A DNA stretch of 63,329 bases, the filler included, from Lenisia limosa (lineage: Eukaryota > Protista > Breviatea), in assembly GCA_001655205.1 (NCBI GenBank). It is 17 parts of 17 records of this genome, joined end to end, with 100 filler letters (N's around TTAATTAATTAA, not from the genome) between each part and the next. Parts side by side here need not be neighbours in the genome. Positions count along the whole stretch, not along the records: positions 33,298 to 49,195 come from LPNZ01011721.1; positions 49,296 to 52,678 come from LPNZ01011265.1; 15 more parts are not named here. The stretch is one strand, 5' to 3'. The notes beneath the pieces were generated by a model that ran no database searches, was not told the origin of the DNA, and worked only from the letters and a program-made list of their open reading frames with translations. Of the stretch, positions 36,901 to 49,309 are shown in pieces; the stretch's first letter is position 1, and each line of letters begins with the position of its first letter. Made by a program: the position numbers and the translations under genes.

Positions 36901-39900
36901 AAGGGCTTCATTGTAAACTGCTTCATCATACAAGGCTTCCATTTCGGAGGCACAGGCGCGGCTCAGAGTGGCTTGGTTTACAGCCTGTCTTGCGGTTTCC
37001 TCTGCTGTCCTAAACGCAACAATTGCCACGGCTTCTCTCTCCTGGCAGCTTGTGGCTATTGTGGGAGTGCTCTTTTGGGAAAATAAACGTACCTTGGAGT
37101 TCAGAGCAGGAAGCCATCTGTTCTGCTTCTATCAGGGCGGACTCAGCCCGAGACTTCAATATCTTTGACTCACGCAGCTCATTGGCCTGGGAATTAGAGA
37201 TCCCCTTTATCATACCAATGAAGAGCATTTTGTTTCCAAGAGTAACATTTTTGCCTTTCCTTCCTGTATGTCCTTTCGAGTAATCTACATATAATGTCAA
37301 TGTTCTATTCATGTAATACTATACATAATACATATAGGTGGGGGGACATGACCGTGTCCACCTTTTAAAAAATTATGGCCCGCGGCCCGGGTTGCCTTTT
37401 TGTTGAATTTTTTTTCTTTGAAAGACCCTTTTTCACAAGTACAAGTTGAATACTAATCTCTCGGACAAATTGCCTTTGAATAGCCACCAACCTGAACTAC
37501 CAAAATAGAAAGCTTCAAAAATACAGGCTTAGCCACATCGAGAACAAGTAAGCTACTTTCTCGGATGTGACTGAAGAATAGCNNNNNNNNNNNNNNNNNN
37601 NNNNNNNNNNNNNNNNNNNNNNNNNNNNNNNNNNNNNNNNNNNNNNNNNNNNNNNNNNNNNNNNNNNNNNNNNNNNNNNNNNNNNNNNNNNNNNNNNNNN
37701 NNNNNNNNNNNNNCATATATGATAGTATGTATTATGTGTTAATTAGTAAAATTATAGAACATACAATGAATAAAGTGACCGTGTTAAGTGACTGATATGT
37801 CTTTTCTGTAGGGAAGTCGGATTTATATGATGATAAAAGTGCCTTCAAACCCAACAGATGATGTCATAGAAATTTGATATTATACATATACAGTGACTGG
37901 GAACAGTCTTGACCGATTTACTATGTGATTTCCCAAGAAAAATCGGTCAATACTTAACACGGTCAATAAACATGTATACGTACATGTATGTAATATGGAT
38001 GTACTGACTGACTGGTTGGGGGGAGGGGGGTTATATGCTATAGTATATGATATAGTATATATCATATGTGGGTCCTCAAAGCTCCGGACATCATTCAAAA
38101 GACAGCTTGAAGTTGACACCTTATTGGCTAATGCTAGTGTTTTTTGAAAAACTGCTTCGACAGATACATGTAGAGAAATGAACCTCCTAATGTTCCCCAA
38201 TTTTGAACAAATGTCAAAAATCCGTGAATATGGTCTCCTTCCTTCTCTTACTTTTCACAGGATTGTTTTTTTTTAATCTTACCCTCTTTTAGTGTTGAGA
38301 AACAAAAATTTGTACCCCTCGGAGTAATTCGTTCCGGGTTCCTCTTTGCTTTGGCTATGAAAATGAAAATGGTGAATTTTAAGAGAAAAATGCTCAAAAT
38401 AGCACTGTCTACAAGGGCAAACTTTCCGGTATGCCATTTATTCCTTGAATGTGGCCTTTTATAACGATTATGTGTGTTTCTGACAGTATTTGGGCCATAA
38501 CCAGAGAGCTGAGGCACTTAATTTGGTTTTGACCCAACAATATATGAAATAGGCGTTTCATCCTTTGATTAAGAATGGTTCATGATGATTTTATATGGAA
38601 AACTCAAGCTGTCCGGGAGTTTTGATGTGTCCGGTGAATTTTGAATGATGTCCGGAGCTTTGACAATACATATCATAGTATATACTATATGCATATGTAT
38701 TATATTGTATCAAAATGGTTTGGGACGAGGCGGGGTTGTAATAATTTGAGTTCGAAATGCATTTGGTAGACAAAGTGACACCACACAGCAAATCAAAAAT
38801 TAATCATTTTAGACACTACCAATAACCATTTATCCCCAAGAAGCTCCTTAAGAAGGCAAAAAGCAGACAGGTCTAAGGAGGTCGTTCTGCCATTTAAGAG
38901 AGATCTTACGGGAAGATCCGAAAAAGGTTAATTTCCTCATCAAAAATCTTATCTAAGCCAAAAGATACGACCAAAAAGAAGGAAGAGAGGAGCAGAAGGA
39001 AACATACATTTAACACAGCAAAATCTTAAGATCAGCTGATTTATTTGTACAAAGGATCACGAAAAGTTCTTGAAATCTGATGCATAGAGTCATCTTTTGT
39101 CGATGTAAGCAAACTATTTGTGTTAACCAACCTCAAAATTTTTTCTTTGAAACTAATCTTCTTCAACTTGCGTTGAAACTTGTTCTTCTCTCATTGAATC
39201 GACAAAGAGGCCCTTTAGAGGGGGGTTGGCAACTCAGCTTTCAGGCATCACGAGGTCAGCGTGGCAATTCTTCATTTTATTATTTAAAGAATGAAGTCAA
39301 ATAGAAGGTCAGCAGCTAAACAAACTTACGTCTTCAGAGTTGTTACACTTCAAAACTCCTTGTTGAACAAGGATTTTCTACTAAGTAGCATCAAAGCTTC
39401 ATTGAATCACTTAACAAGCGTCAAGCTATGAAAAAAAAAAAAAAAAAANNNNNNNNNNNNNNNNNNNNNNNNNNNNNNNNNNNNNNNNNNNNNNNNNNNN
39501 NNNNNNNNNNNNNNNNNNNNNNNNNNNNNNNNNNNNNNNNNNNNNNNNNNNNNACCATTTCCTCAGAAAACCACATTAAACCAACCTCGAAAATGCACCT
39601 ATGCCATATTCCCTCGGAAACACAAATGCTTCAGAAACCCCCAACCTTAATTTCTGACAAAATAGCATCGGTCTCCTCATTCGCATGCAAGTCTGCGCGT
39701 CGATTCTCTGCCAATCCATCATTATGCTACATGGTTAGTAAAAGGCAAAGGAAGCCCAACCTTTTTAAGTCTTTCAACTTGGACTAGAGCCCTCTCGATT
39801 TGCGAGTTCTTCTCTTCAACAAGATTTGTCACATCCTTAGCATATAAATTTGCTTCCTAAAAGTTCATTGAAGGTCACTCGAACCTCCAGCTCCTTTTTA

Positions 39901-42554
39901 ACACACTCCAATTCTTCAGTCTTGTTCTTCAGGGAGTCCTTTATTTCATCAAGCGTTTTCTGCTGATTCAGAAGTTGTGAATGAGCCTGTAACTTTTCCG
40001 TGAGAAATGCTTTTAAATTGGCCTGTGCATCTTCACTTCTGGTGGTCATTTGCTTAAGTTCTTCAATCAGTCTATTTTGAGATGCGTTCAATTCTTCTGC
40101 GTTTTCTTCCAAGACAGCATTCTCCTTGCGCAACGCTTCAACTTCTGCTGTGAGCTGTTTTTGTTTGACGCTGAATTCTTGAAGTCCAGAGTGTAATTTT
40201 TTTTTCTCTTCACGGCACTTTTTCAGTTTTGCCTCAGTGTGTTCTCTAGCCTCAAAACATTCCTATAAAAAAAATTAATAACTTGTACAGGAAGGATGCC
40301 TTTAAGTTTCAACTGTCTATAAGCGCAAGATTTGCACTAGTTACAACTATCAAAAACATGATCTTGTTAAATTTGACAAAAGATACAGAAAATAACACAT
40401 TCAGAATAAAATAGCACATGGTATAATATTTGTATGTGAAAATGAGAAATTAGGATGTAGAACAAGAAAAAAACAGGAGTATCTAGTAAAAGCCGAACCT
40501 AATATATAAAAAAAAGATTAATAAAGTTATTAATAGTAATTCCCATTTGCCTTGCACCTTCATATACACCGCCTTCTGCCTCCTCAGCATACCTACAAGG
40601 ATAACTATTCATGCATTGCGATATACGAATAAATATGGGCCTGTTTTACAAAATAAAACACAAGAAAACCTAGGAAATTCTGAAAAAAAAAATACGAAAG
40701 GATACAAATATTACATTTAGGTGAGGAGACATGACCGTGTGTCAACCTTAAGGAAAATTCTAGCCCACCGCACGGGTTGCCTTTTGTTGGATTTGTTTTT
40801 TTGTAATACCCTTTTTCACGAGTATAAGTTGCAAATTAACCTCCCTCGGACAAATTGCCTTTGGATAGCCACCAACTTGAACTACCAAAATTGAAAGTTT
40901 CAGAATTATTGACTTAAAGTGGTTCAGTCCTTTTTTTTATTTTGGAAAAAAAAATAATAAAAGTGTGGTAAGTAATTTCAATGAACCTTCGGGATAATTC
41001 CGCAGAGTAATTTTCCGTGTAAAACAGCCCTGAAATGGAAATTCTAAAAGTGGGTGAAAATTGCCTGGAATGTGCCCAACCGAGGCTATATGAGGCTAAT
41101 ACTACAATATATTGACGATGGGTAGGTGTTGGTTTTGAGTAGTCATACAAGCTATATACAATATATCATAAAAAATATATATGATACATATATTTTTTAA
41201 CATATCATATATCATAGAGCTATGTATCATATATAAAACTTGTTTTTTTAAAAGTGGTTCAATTGATTGATTTTTCAAAAACTAAAAAAATTGCGGAACT
41301 AATCGACCATTCAGGATAATTCTCATGTCTGGACGGTTTTATTTCTGAAAAAGGACTGAACAACCTGAAGTATGTCAGTGTATCGGGGGGAGGGGGATAA
41401 TGAGTCACGCAAACCACTCTGGCTTCTTTTGCAGCTTCCGCACTCCCACAATTTTCCTTTTCTTTTTCAAACTGTAATGTCAGATAAGTGAACACCTTAC
41501 TTGTTTCTGTTTGAACATCGAGACGTAAGTCATGATTGAGTGTTCATCTGGCTTGCTCGCCACATCTTTCGGATCAAGGAGACGAGGTACTCCGTAGTAC
41601 TCTTCACCAATACGGAAGGCTTCCTCCATAGCTTGAAGTGGTCCCTAAAATATTCGAAATGTATCTACTATGTCCGAAAAAGACATCAAAAAAAGTACCA
41701 GAAAAACACATAATATAATATACTATATCACAATTACCAACCTCTCTTATCACAGCCTCTTCAACTTTACCAGGTACAAAGTGGTTCACTATATTGACAA
41801 ACTGTTGCCCATCAATAAACCTAATAGTAAACAATAAATTTCCAGTCAGCGTACGATGTCGTGAAGTTGTCAATTTTAACACCCTCAACTTCTGATTCAA
41901 GCCAATCCTTTAGAGCTGATTTTCCTGACTTTTTGGAAGAGCCAGTCCCATCTTCTGAACATTATAGATATGTATGTCTCTCACCTTCGGTATTCATAAT
42001 CACAAATTTGTGGATGCATCCCCACATTAGTCCTAAAATCATCTTTTTGTTTCCTTGCAAAATATCTTAGAATAATGAGGAAGAGAGAAACAATCACAAC
42101 CCCACAACCCAGTCACAACCCACCTTCTGCAGAACATGAAATATTCATCTTTTCTGAAAAGAGTCACTACTTTGTATTTCAAACCTTTGTCTCGAAGAAA
42201 CATCAAAGACACATTAATATTATTGACCTGCTTGATGGGAAGGCTTGACGGTTTTATGTTGAGAAGCTTTTTGCCAGAAACCTCTTGGCAAAGAATTGCG
42301 AGAGTAACTCCTGAAAGTTAGCAACAACCAACTGAAATCTAAACTCACCATCCTTCAAATCAGTTGAAAGGTCAGTTACTACCAATCCTTTGGATCCCAC
42401 AACACTATTCACCCATGATGTGTAGGTCTGTGAAAGTAAAACAAAACAAGAATTGCCAAGAGTTCATTCTGAATCATTACTCCCCTTATCCAAAGTGGGT
42501 GGGAGTAAAGGGATTGCAACCAACCTTCTCTTGAACATCGAGCCATGCAGGCAT
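33905..42554 (-). CDS. Actin-binding protein with tandem calponin-homology domains (CH1-CH2) and a very long coiled coil (interaptin/cortexillin-like)
   Basis: MPAWLDVQEK/TYTSWVNSVVGSKGLVVTDLSTDLKDG/VTLAILCQEVSGKKL...NNINVSLMFLRDKG/DILQGNKKMILGLMWGCIHKF (CH1); KSALKDWLESEVEGVKIDNFTTS/FIDGQQFVNIVNHFVPG/YYGVPRLLDPKDVASKPDEHSIMTYVSMF (CH2); then ~7 kb of heptad-rich exons. Start and stop uncertain. Confidence 0.85.
37333..37522. mobile_element. Dispersed ~190-bp repeat family E (copy 1; copy 2 at 40718-40906)
   Basis: Both copies start TAGGTG..GACATGACCGTGT and share GGGTTGCCTTTT...CCCTTTTTCAC...TCGGACAAATTGCCTTTG.ATAGCCACCAAC.TGAACTACCAAAAT; both are intronic in the CH-CH gene. Confidence 0.75.
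38065..38668. mobile_element. ~600-bp TIR element, family C (copy 2)
   Basis: Left TATGTGGGTCCTCAAAGCTCCGGACATCATTCAAAA; right TTTTGAATGATGTCCGGAGCTTTGACAATA; interior matches 12379-13011 in reverse. Confidence 0.85.
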
Positions 42555-44410
42555 GAAGGTTTGCCCTCGCCGCTGAAGCGATGTCTCTTGCAGTGTTGAA
42601 GAGTCTTTCACCCTTTCACGTTACTCCGTTACTCCTCTCAAGTGCACCAGTAGTGAGCCAATTGGGTCTTTCGGCAGTCTCACATGGAGTTTGATTTTTG
42701 TTTGACGATTTTGATCGCGGTCCCCGCAATGGGGTAGTAAAATATGTTATATCTGGGGATTACACTCTGTTGAGGCTTTCCACGGGTTTCATCCACATTA
42801 GCTCGGAGAAATGGAAACAAGTGATAGCGGGTGTTAAGTCACTCATTCGGAAGATAGGGGGGGTACTGTTACAGTTGCGTAGTTTCTCTAACACTTTATA
42901 TTCGTCTGAAAGTCTGATTGGCACCGAGGAAGCTCCAAGAAAGCCCTCCAAAAAAAGGCCAAAAATTTAAACAGCCTAAAACTCGTGACGCTGTAACTTT
43001 TAACATTATTTTTGTCCTATTTTTGATTCCTTTTCTATCTGTGTACACGAGCAGTGAAATGGAAGGGGAAAACTCCTCAGTGGTAATTCTACTGAATTAT
43101 GTGAAGCAATATTTGGAGGTATTAAAGGTTCAAAGCAAGTCTTGCAAGAACATCAAGAAAGCAAAAGTACAGGATGGGTTTTTGGTGCATTTCTGCATTA
43201 AATCTAGATGCAAATGTGTTGGCAGATGCTTCCCACTGGTATGTTGGCGCTTTAGTTGATCAAACCTATCTATGATACGAGTAGTAGCACACTATAAAGC
43301 TCTTCCTAACCATTGTTTTATGGTTGATCCCAGACCTTTCTGCCTCAGGACTCCCCCAGTTTCTGACGTTGGTTACTTCTGTTATTGCTCATTTTTTTAG
43401 CTTCACTCTGTTTCATCACCTTCTCCCGACACCAACCCTACTGAGTGCTTCTCAAAGGTTTGCCCCCACATTATCTTATTTTACCCGACACTCCCAAGTT
43501 TCAAGGTTGGAACTGACCAACTTTCCAACGGAATCAGAATATAATTGTATTCATTATTGTGTCTTCTAAAGGGAAATACCGTTATTTTAGTTGTTTTCCA
43601 TCTTCCTAACCTTTTTTTTTAGGTTGATCAGAAAAATCTTCTGTCTCCCGCTTCTGTACCAGTTTCTGACGTTGGTTACTTCTTTTATTGCTTATTCTTT
43701 TAGCTTCACTCGGTTTCATCACTTCCTCCCGACACCAACCCTACTGAGTGTCAAAGGTTTGCCCCCCCCCCCCNNNNNNNNNNTGGGAGGGGTGTTTGGA
43801 ATGACTTATATTTGGCCTTTAAGCTACCGAAATATCAACTCCATATGATACTTAGACCCCCCAGTAATGCTCACAATAAGCGCCTCTGTTCTGAGGCGGT
43901 ACTCCTCCTGGATCGACACTCGTTCCTTCTGTTGCGACACGAGCTCAAGCCGGAGGTCGTGTACTTCCCCCTAGGACATTACTAAGGCTGGTTCTGGTAG
44001 AAATAGTGGAGATGGAAGTTGTGCTGATGAAGATATGGTGATACTGCGGGAGAGAAAACCTGAGTTCTTGCACTCACCTCAAGTCTGTTTTCCCTCGCAG
44101 CTGATTTGGCAGCCAGACGCTGTACTGCTGTTCGATAGTCCTAGAACCTTGATACCGAAAGTGCAATAGTATTGACAATGACAGAAAAGAGTCAATTGTG
44201 GAGTGGCAAAATAATGTATCAATTCACATCCTCTCTTCAGAGACATAGCGTTTAAAACTATACTAGCAATTTAATAATTCACTTTAATCACGAATTTTAA
44301 ACCTGCCATCACATGCCATACCTCATTTGCAAGCATGACGGCTGTTGGCTGCACGAGGCCCTCAGCAACTTCTCTCATTACTTTCCAGAGTCGTGGGCTG
44401 NNNNNNNNNN

Positions 44411-44535
44411 GTAATAACCCCAAGCAAATCAGCTACAGTCGTAATACCCCCAAGCAAATGAGCTACAGTCGTAATACCCCCAAGCAAATCAGCTACAGTC
44501 GTAATACCCCCAAGCAAATCAGCTACAGTCGCAAT
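44411..44535. repeat. 30-bp minisatellite (GTAATACCCCCAAGCAAATCAGCTACAGTC) x4, flanked by 60-bp direct repeats
   Basis: Four units between two identical copies of GCTGTTGGCTGCACGAGG...GAGTCGTGGGCTG (~44341-44400 and ~44539-44598). Confidence 0.85.
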
Positions 44536-44637
44536 ACCGCTGTTGGCTGCACGAGGCCCTCAGCAACTTCTCTCATTACTTTCCAGAGTCGTGGGCTGTA
44601 AAATTATCAACACCACCCTTGTCATCCAGTTTTATTA

Positions 44638-45808
44638 TAATGAGTTTCGTTGATATCCGCCCACCCGTGCTTCTGTTCCGAGGGGATCAGGTTCAGAGCC
44701 GACACCAAGGGGGGCACCTGCGGCCACACTGAGGGCTGGCCGCGGACCTTCGAAACAATCGTCCGGAACATCAGCAGCACATCCCCGGATTCCTAGGGTA
44801 GGGTGGGTGATAAAACAATAAACCTCGAAAACGATTATATAACGCAACAGCAATGATAATAATATTTTTTTAAAGAGTCCAGGCAGATACAATGTAAGAG
44901 TCCATGTAGATAAAATGTAAGAGTCCAGGCAGATAAAATATAAGAGTCCAGGCAGATAAAATGTAAGAGTCCAGGCAGATAAAATGTAAGAGTCCATGTA
45001 GATAAAAGAGTCCAGGTAAGTCGGATCTCCAGAATCCCCCCCCCTCCCCTTGCCCACAGAGTCGCCTGGAATCTGAAGCTGAAGTGGGTCAGTTTCAGAC
45101 TGAGGGGTTGTTCTAATAGAGGTTAGTCTTGGATGATATGTAGCTGAACTGCTAAAATGGAATATGAAGATGCATCCAATCAAAACCAGTCCAATATAGC
45201 ACCTCGGAAAATACCTGAGCTCTTGTTGGTCCATTTTGGGTGACAGTGGTGGGGACCATTCAGAGTCCGAACCTAATATCGTAAAAGACAAAGCTGGTGA
45301 AACTTTTGGTCAAGTTGTTTAAGGCAATGATCAGAATGGTTGATCAAACTGATTCCAACCATTATTCGAGGCATCTCTCTGCACATTTGCATCAGATTCA
45401 TGTCTTGAGGCCGTAGCTTCTTCCTTGTCCAAAGCCTCTCTAGTGATGTGAATACGACATCATTCCATCATCCATCATGGGCAAAAGGAGTTATTAATAG
45501 TACGACAACATAACGAGACCCCCCCCCCCTCCACGTTTTTGGAGAAGCAGGTGGCGGGGTGGGGGCCATTGATCGACCTAATCTCTCCTCTTGACGCTTG
45601 CGCCTCTTTTCAAGCTCCTATTTCGTGAAATTAAACTCTCTTGCTGAAGAAATGGCAAAAACAAACAATAATTAAAAAAAAAATCTTTACTAAATAAAAT
45701 AAATAAATAATACTTCAGCAATAAGGTCATCCCCACTTCTTCACGTGAGAGTGGCTGTATTATGAATCCCTCAACTTCCGGTTCGTCATCGTTTGTCACA
45801 TCTCCACC
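44638..45808 (-). CDS. Candidate multi-exon gene, low complexity, unknown
   Basis: Exon-like GDVTNDDEPEVEGFIIQPLSREE / ELEKRRKRQEERL / GSDSEWSPPLSPKMDQQEL / TTPQSETDPLQLQIPGDS / GIRGCAADVPDD...GYQRNSL*. Confidence 0.4.
44875..45016. repeat. 23-bp minisatellite GAGTCCAGGCAGATAAAATGTAA x~6
   Basis: Tandem units with a GAGTCCATGTAG variant; probably intronic. Confidence 0.85.
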
Positions 45809-47592
45809 TGTAGAGTTATCCTGGGGTATACAACTAAACAGAGTATTGATACTCCAAGTCCTTCAATATACAAAGACTACGCGTACCCCCCCCCCCCNNN
45901 NNNNNNNCAAGCAAATAGTTTGACTTTTTGACTCCTCCCCCCGAATCCCCGACACTCAAGTTTCAAGGTTGGAACTGACCAACATTCCAACGGAATCAGA
46001 ATACAATTGTATTCATTATTTAGTCTTTTGAAGTATCTGCAGCACCTCCTTCAACAATCCGCTTGGGATTATCAACATGCTGTTCTCATCTTATCAGAAA
46101 ACAAGCCGATCATTCAAAATTCCAAAACCAGCCACTCCAAGTAGAGCGTTTTGGGTAAGCAATTGTTTTATATCCTGGATAATTTTTACATGCTTGTGAC
46201 TATTTATCGGTGCCTCAGTCACCCAAACCCCCCAGCCGGTCGGACTAGGTCCCTCTATGAGGAGAGTGCTGTTGTTTGCTGACTCTGAGTTTCTTATTTT
46301 ACCTCCTTATCACATCTGATATCTTCAGAAATTCTCAAAATCCAAGCTTCCGCGTAGTCGAATGACGAAGTCGGCCCTGAGAGTGCTCCAATCGGTTTGT
46401 CTACAATCATTAGGGTGTAACTTATAATTAAGAAGGCTGAAACCCCTGACTCGACGGTTGCGATCAGGTTCTGGACGCTCAGAGAAAGGCTTGCTATCAG
46501 AATTGTCACCAGACAGAAGAAGGTCAAGTCTACGGGCAACGGCAACATGAGACATCTTGGAAGTATTACCCCTTGTTTTTATCTTTAATTTACTAGGTTT
46601 GGAAGAGGATGAGAGTTGGAGCCCCTCAAAAGCTGAAGGATGGTATCAGTCGCAATTGACACTCGTTGGTCAAGGATTTAAGGTTGTTTCCAACTTTTGT
46701 TCATACATATCGATATGTATTTATAAAGTATGCTGTGAATGATATCATATCTATATAGAATACATTACATATACATACATATACATATAGTCAAATGAAT
46801 TGTATGAAATAATATGAATGTTCTCTTTAACCCATTAGATCCACAACCAAGACTCCAGCATCTAAGTCCATTGACACTAAGATGTCTGTTTGGGGTGCTA
46901 CCGGCCTTCCGGTCCGAAAGGAGAACATCGAGCAAAGGCTCTGTCTACACCATGGGTCACAAAGCTTCGACAAGGCGGTTGTCAACGCCGTGTGATCGAG
47001 GAATTTAAGAACAAGCCCACACTAATTGCTCAACATCTCCGAGGCCTTCCGGATGATCTTTGGAGCCTGGTTAATTATTATTCCAAGGCCAAGACACGAA
47101 AAAAGTATAATATAAATTCCGAAATACATCGATATTCGTAGTCACTAATCAAAAGATATTATAAGAAACATATTACACTGGCTTAAGTTGGTGGAAATCA
47201 GAGCCAGGTTTGTCAATGATAAACAAGCATATTTTGAAAACAAGAATTCCAGAATTAATTACAAAAAGAACCCATACATAATTATGTATATCATATATGT
47301 ATGATCTACATGCATATAATATTGCCTATAATGTACAATCAACAATAACTAAAGCAAATTACCGTTTCAAGGAAGATCGGTTTAACAACAGGGGACAAGT
47401 TTGTTCTCATATACTAGCTGCGAGAGTAGGGATACAATAGGGGGGACTGATCGGTAGTTCTGAACCTGTGGAAATCAGATGTATGGGGTAAGAATGCTTT
47501 ATTTACAATTTCTTGAAACATATATATAAATATACACTCTATACCAGAGGAACAAAATAGTGTTTTGTTCCAGGTTACTTGTAGCCACTCAT

Positions 47593-48960
47593 TTACTTGG
47601 CGATGACGGAATCAATAGTTGTGGCCACTCCATAGGCATTTGCAGCTGCTTTCTGACGAGCTTTTGGAGACTCCTTGCTTCCTTGTTGTGCATAAACTAT
47701 GTGAAAATACTGTCTCCTGCTTGCATTGAACCCACGTAAGAGGCGGGCTGCATTCTCTGGCTGAAGTTGTCAGAATTATAAATATTTGTCCATTTTCTAA
47801 AGTACTAACTTATTTTTTTCAGTTTTTGAACAAATACTCGAATTTCCAATCTACAGATATGGTATTACAATGCCAACATATGGCAGAAGCTAACAGAAGG
47901 ACATCAAAAATACCAAATTTTGGTGTATCTTTTTTATTTTAAATGGACTTCAACAAAAGAACGGAAAGATGATTTACTTTTTTAAGTAAAAATTTTTTTA
48001 CAGGGTTTGATAGGGTTTTGCCGGTCCTGCATATGTCGATATATGTAATTTTTGCGGCCGTTCAACATTTTGGNNNNNNNNNNNNNNNNNNNNNNNNNNN
48101 NNNNNNNNNNNNNNNNNNNNNNNNNNNNNNNNNNNNNNNNNNNNNNNNNNNNNNNNNNACAAAATTTATACATTTTAGACTTGTTTGTCTCAAAAAGATA
48201 AAGAAAAAAAGCGGAAGTACTCGAGAAAACCAGAATTAGGGAAAAAACCAGAATTTTGAACTGCATATATTCTAATTTCTGATTAAAAAGACTTGTAATT
48301 CAATGCAGTACTTAATTAAGTCTGTCTTCTAAAAAGTTACTTATATCTATTATATTATATTATATCATAGATGCGTGTTTCTGTGATAGTTTTCTTGGTT
48401 TTGTGTTATAAAAGGCTTAATCATACCAGAGCAAGCTATCAAGCTTGGATTGGGGCAATCAGTCTTTTCCCGAATGGTGTCACCCTTGACTGAGATTTTT
48501 GACTGCGGTACGAATTAGATTATGGATCAATCACTCTTATAAAAACTTTACTCAGGCCAAGAAAGGATAGAAACCAACTGTGAAAGCTGTGCCCCCCCCT
48601 CCTCCCCACCATTTGCACTCTGGCAGAACAAGCGTCGATGGTGAAAACGACACCCGAGACTGCAGCTCGTGCGATGTTGTCAGTGTACAAATCAAGGCTG
48701 ATTTGGGAGTCCTGAACAAAGAAGTTCATGCACGATGGAGCCAGAAGAACTGGGGGGGTAACGGTGGGCGCANNNNNNNNNNNNNNNNNNNNNNNNNNNN
48801 NNNNNNNNNNNNNNNNNNNNNNNNNNNNNNNNNNNNNNNNNNNNNNNNNNNNNNNNNNNNNNNNNNNNNNNNNNNNNNNNNNNNNNNNNNNNNNNNNNNN
48901 NGACTCCATAACAGCAGTCATGCGACTCGACATAAATATAAATTGACTCGATCCTCCCAT
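47593..48960 (-). CDS. Candidate multi-exon gene(s), product unknown
   Basis: Exons LLAPSCMNFFVQDSQISLDLYTDNIARAAVSGVVFTIDACSARVQM and QPENAARLLRGFNASRR/GSKESPKARQKAAANAYGVATTIDSVIAK*; linkage between them is not certain. Confidence 0.4.
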
Positions 48961-49309
48961 CTGAAGCGGTTAGAATACAGAGAACGTTTTATCGTGATTT
49001 ATGTTCTGTGGGTTTGCTAAACTCCATTGGTTTGGAGTTAGACTTCTGCTCAGCTCAGCATCAACAACAATCAAGCTTCAACCATTTTGGATAAAAAAAT
49101 CAAAAATCAAAATGTCCATCTTTGAGGATTTGGAAGTCATATAGCAAAATATCTGTCAAAAACTTATTTTCATAAAAACACCCTTATTTTGCCATNNNNN
49201 NNNNNNNNNNNNNNNNNNNNNNNNNNNNNNNNNNNNNNNTTAATTAATTAANNNNNNNNNNNNNNNNNNNNNNNNNNNNNNNNNNNNNNNNNNNNCCCCC
49301 CCCCCCCAG

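Noticed and set aside
44341-44598. Repeat-spacer-repeat layout suggestive of a CRISPR array
   Set aside because: Only two 60-bp repeats, the 'spacer' is itself a tandem minisatellite, the context is eukaryotic and intron-rich, and no cas genes are present.
44635-45291. 218-aa minus-strand ORF as a single-exon gene
   Set aside because: Its middle is a 23-bp minisatellite translated by chance, and internal GT-AG boundaries suggest separate exons.
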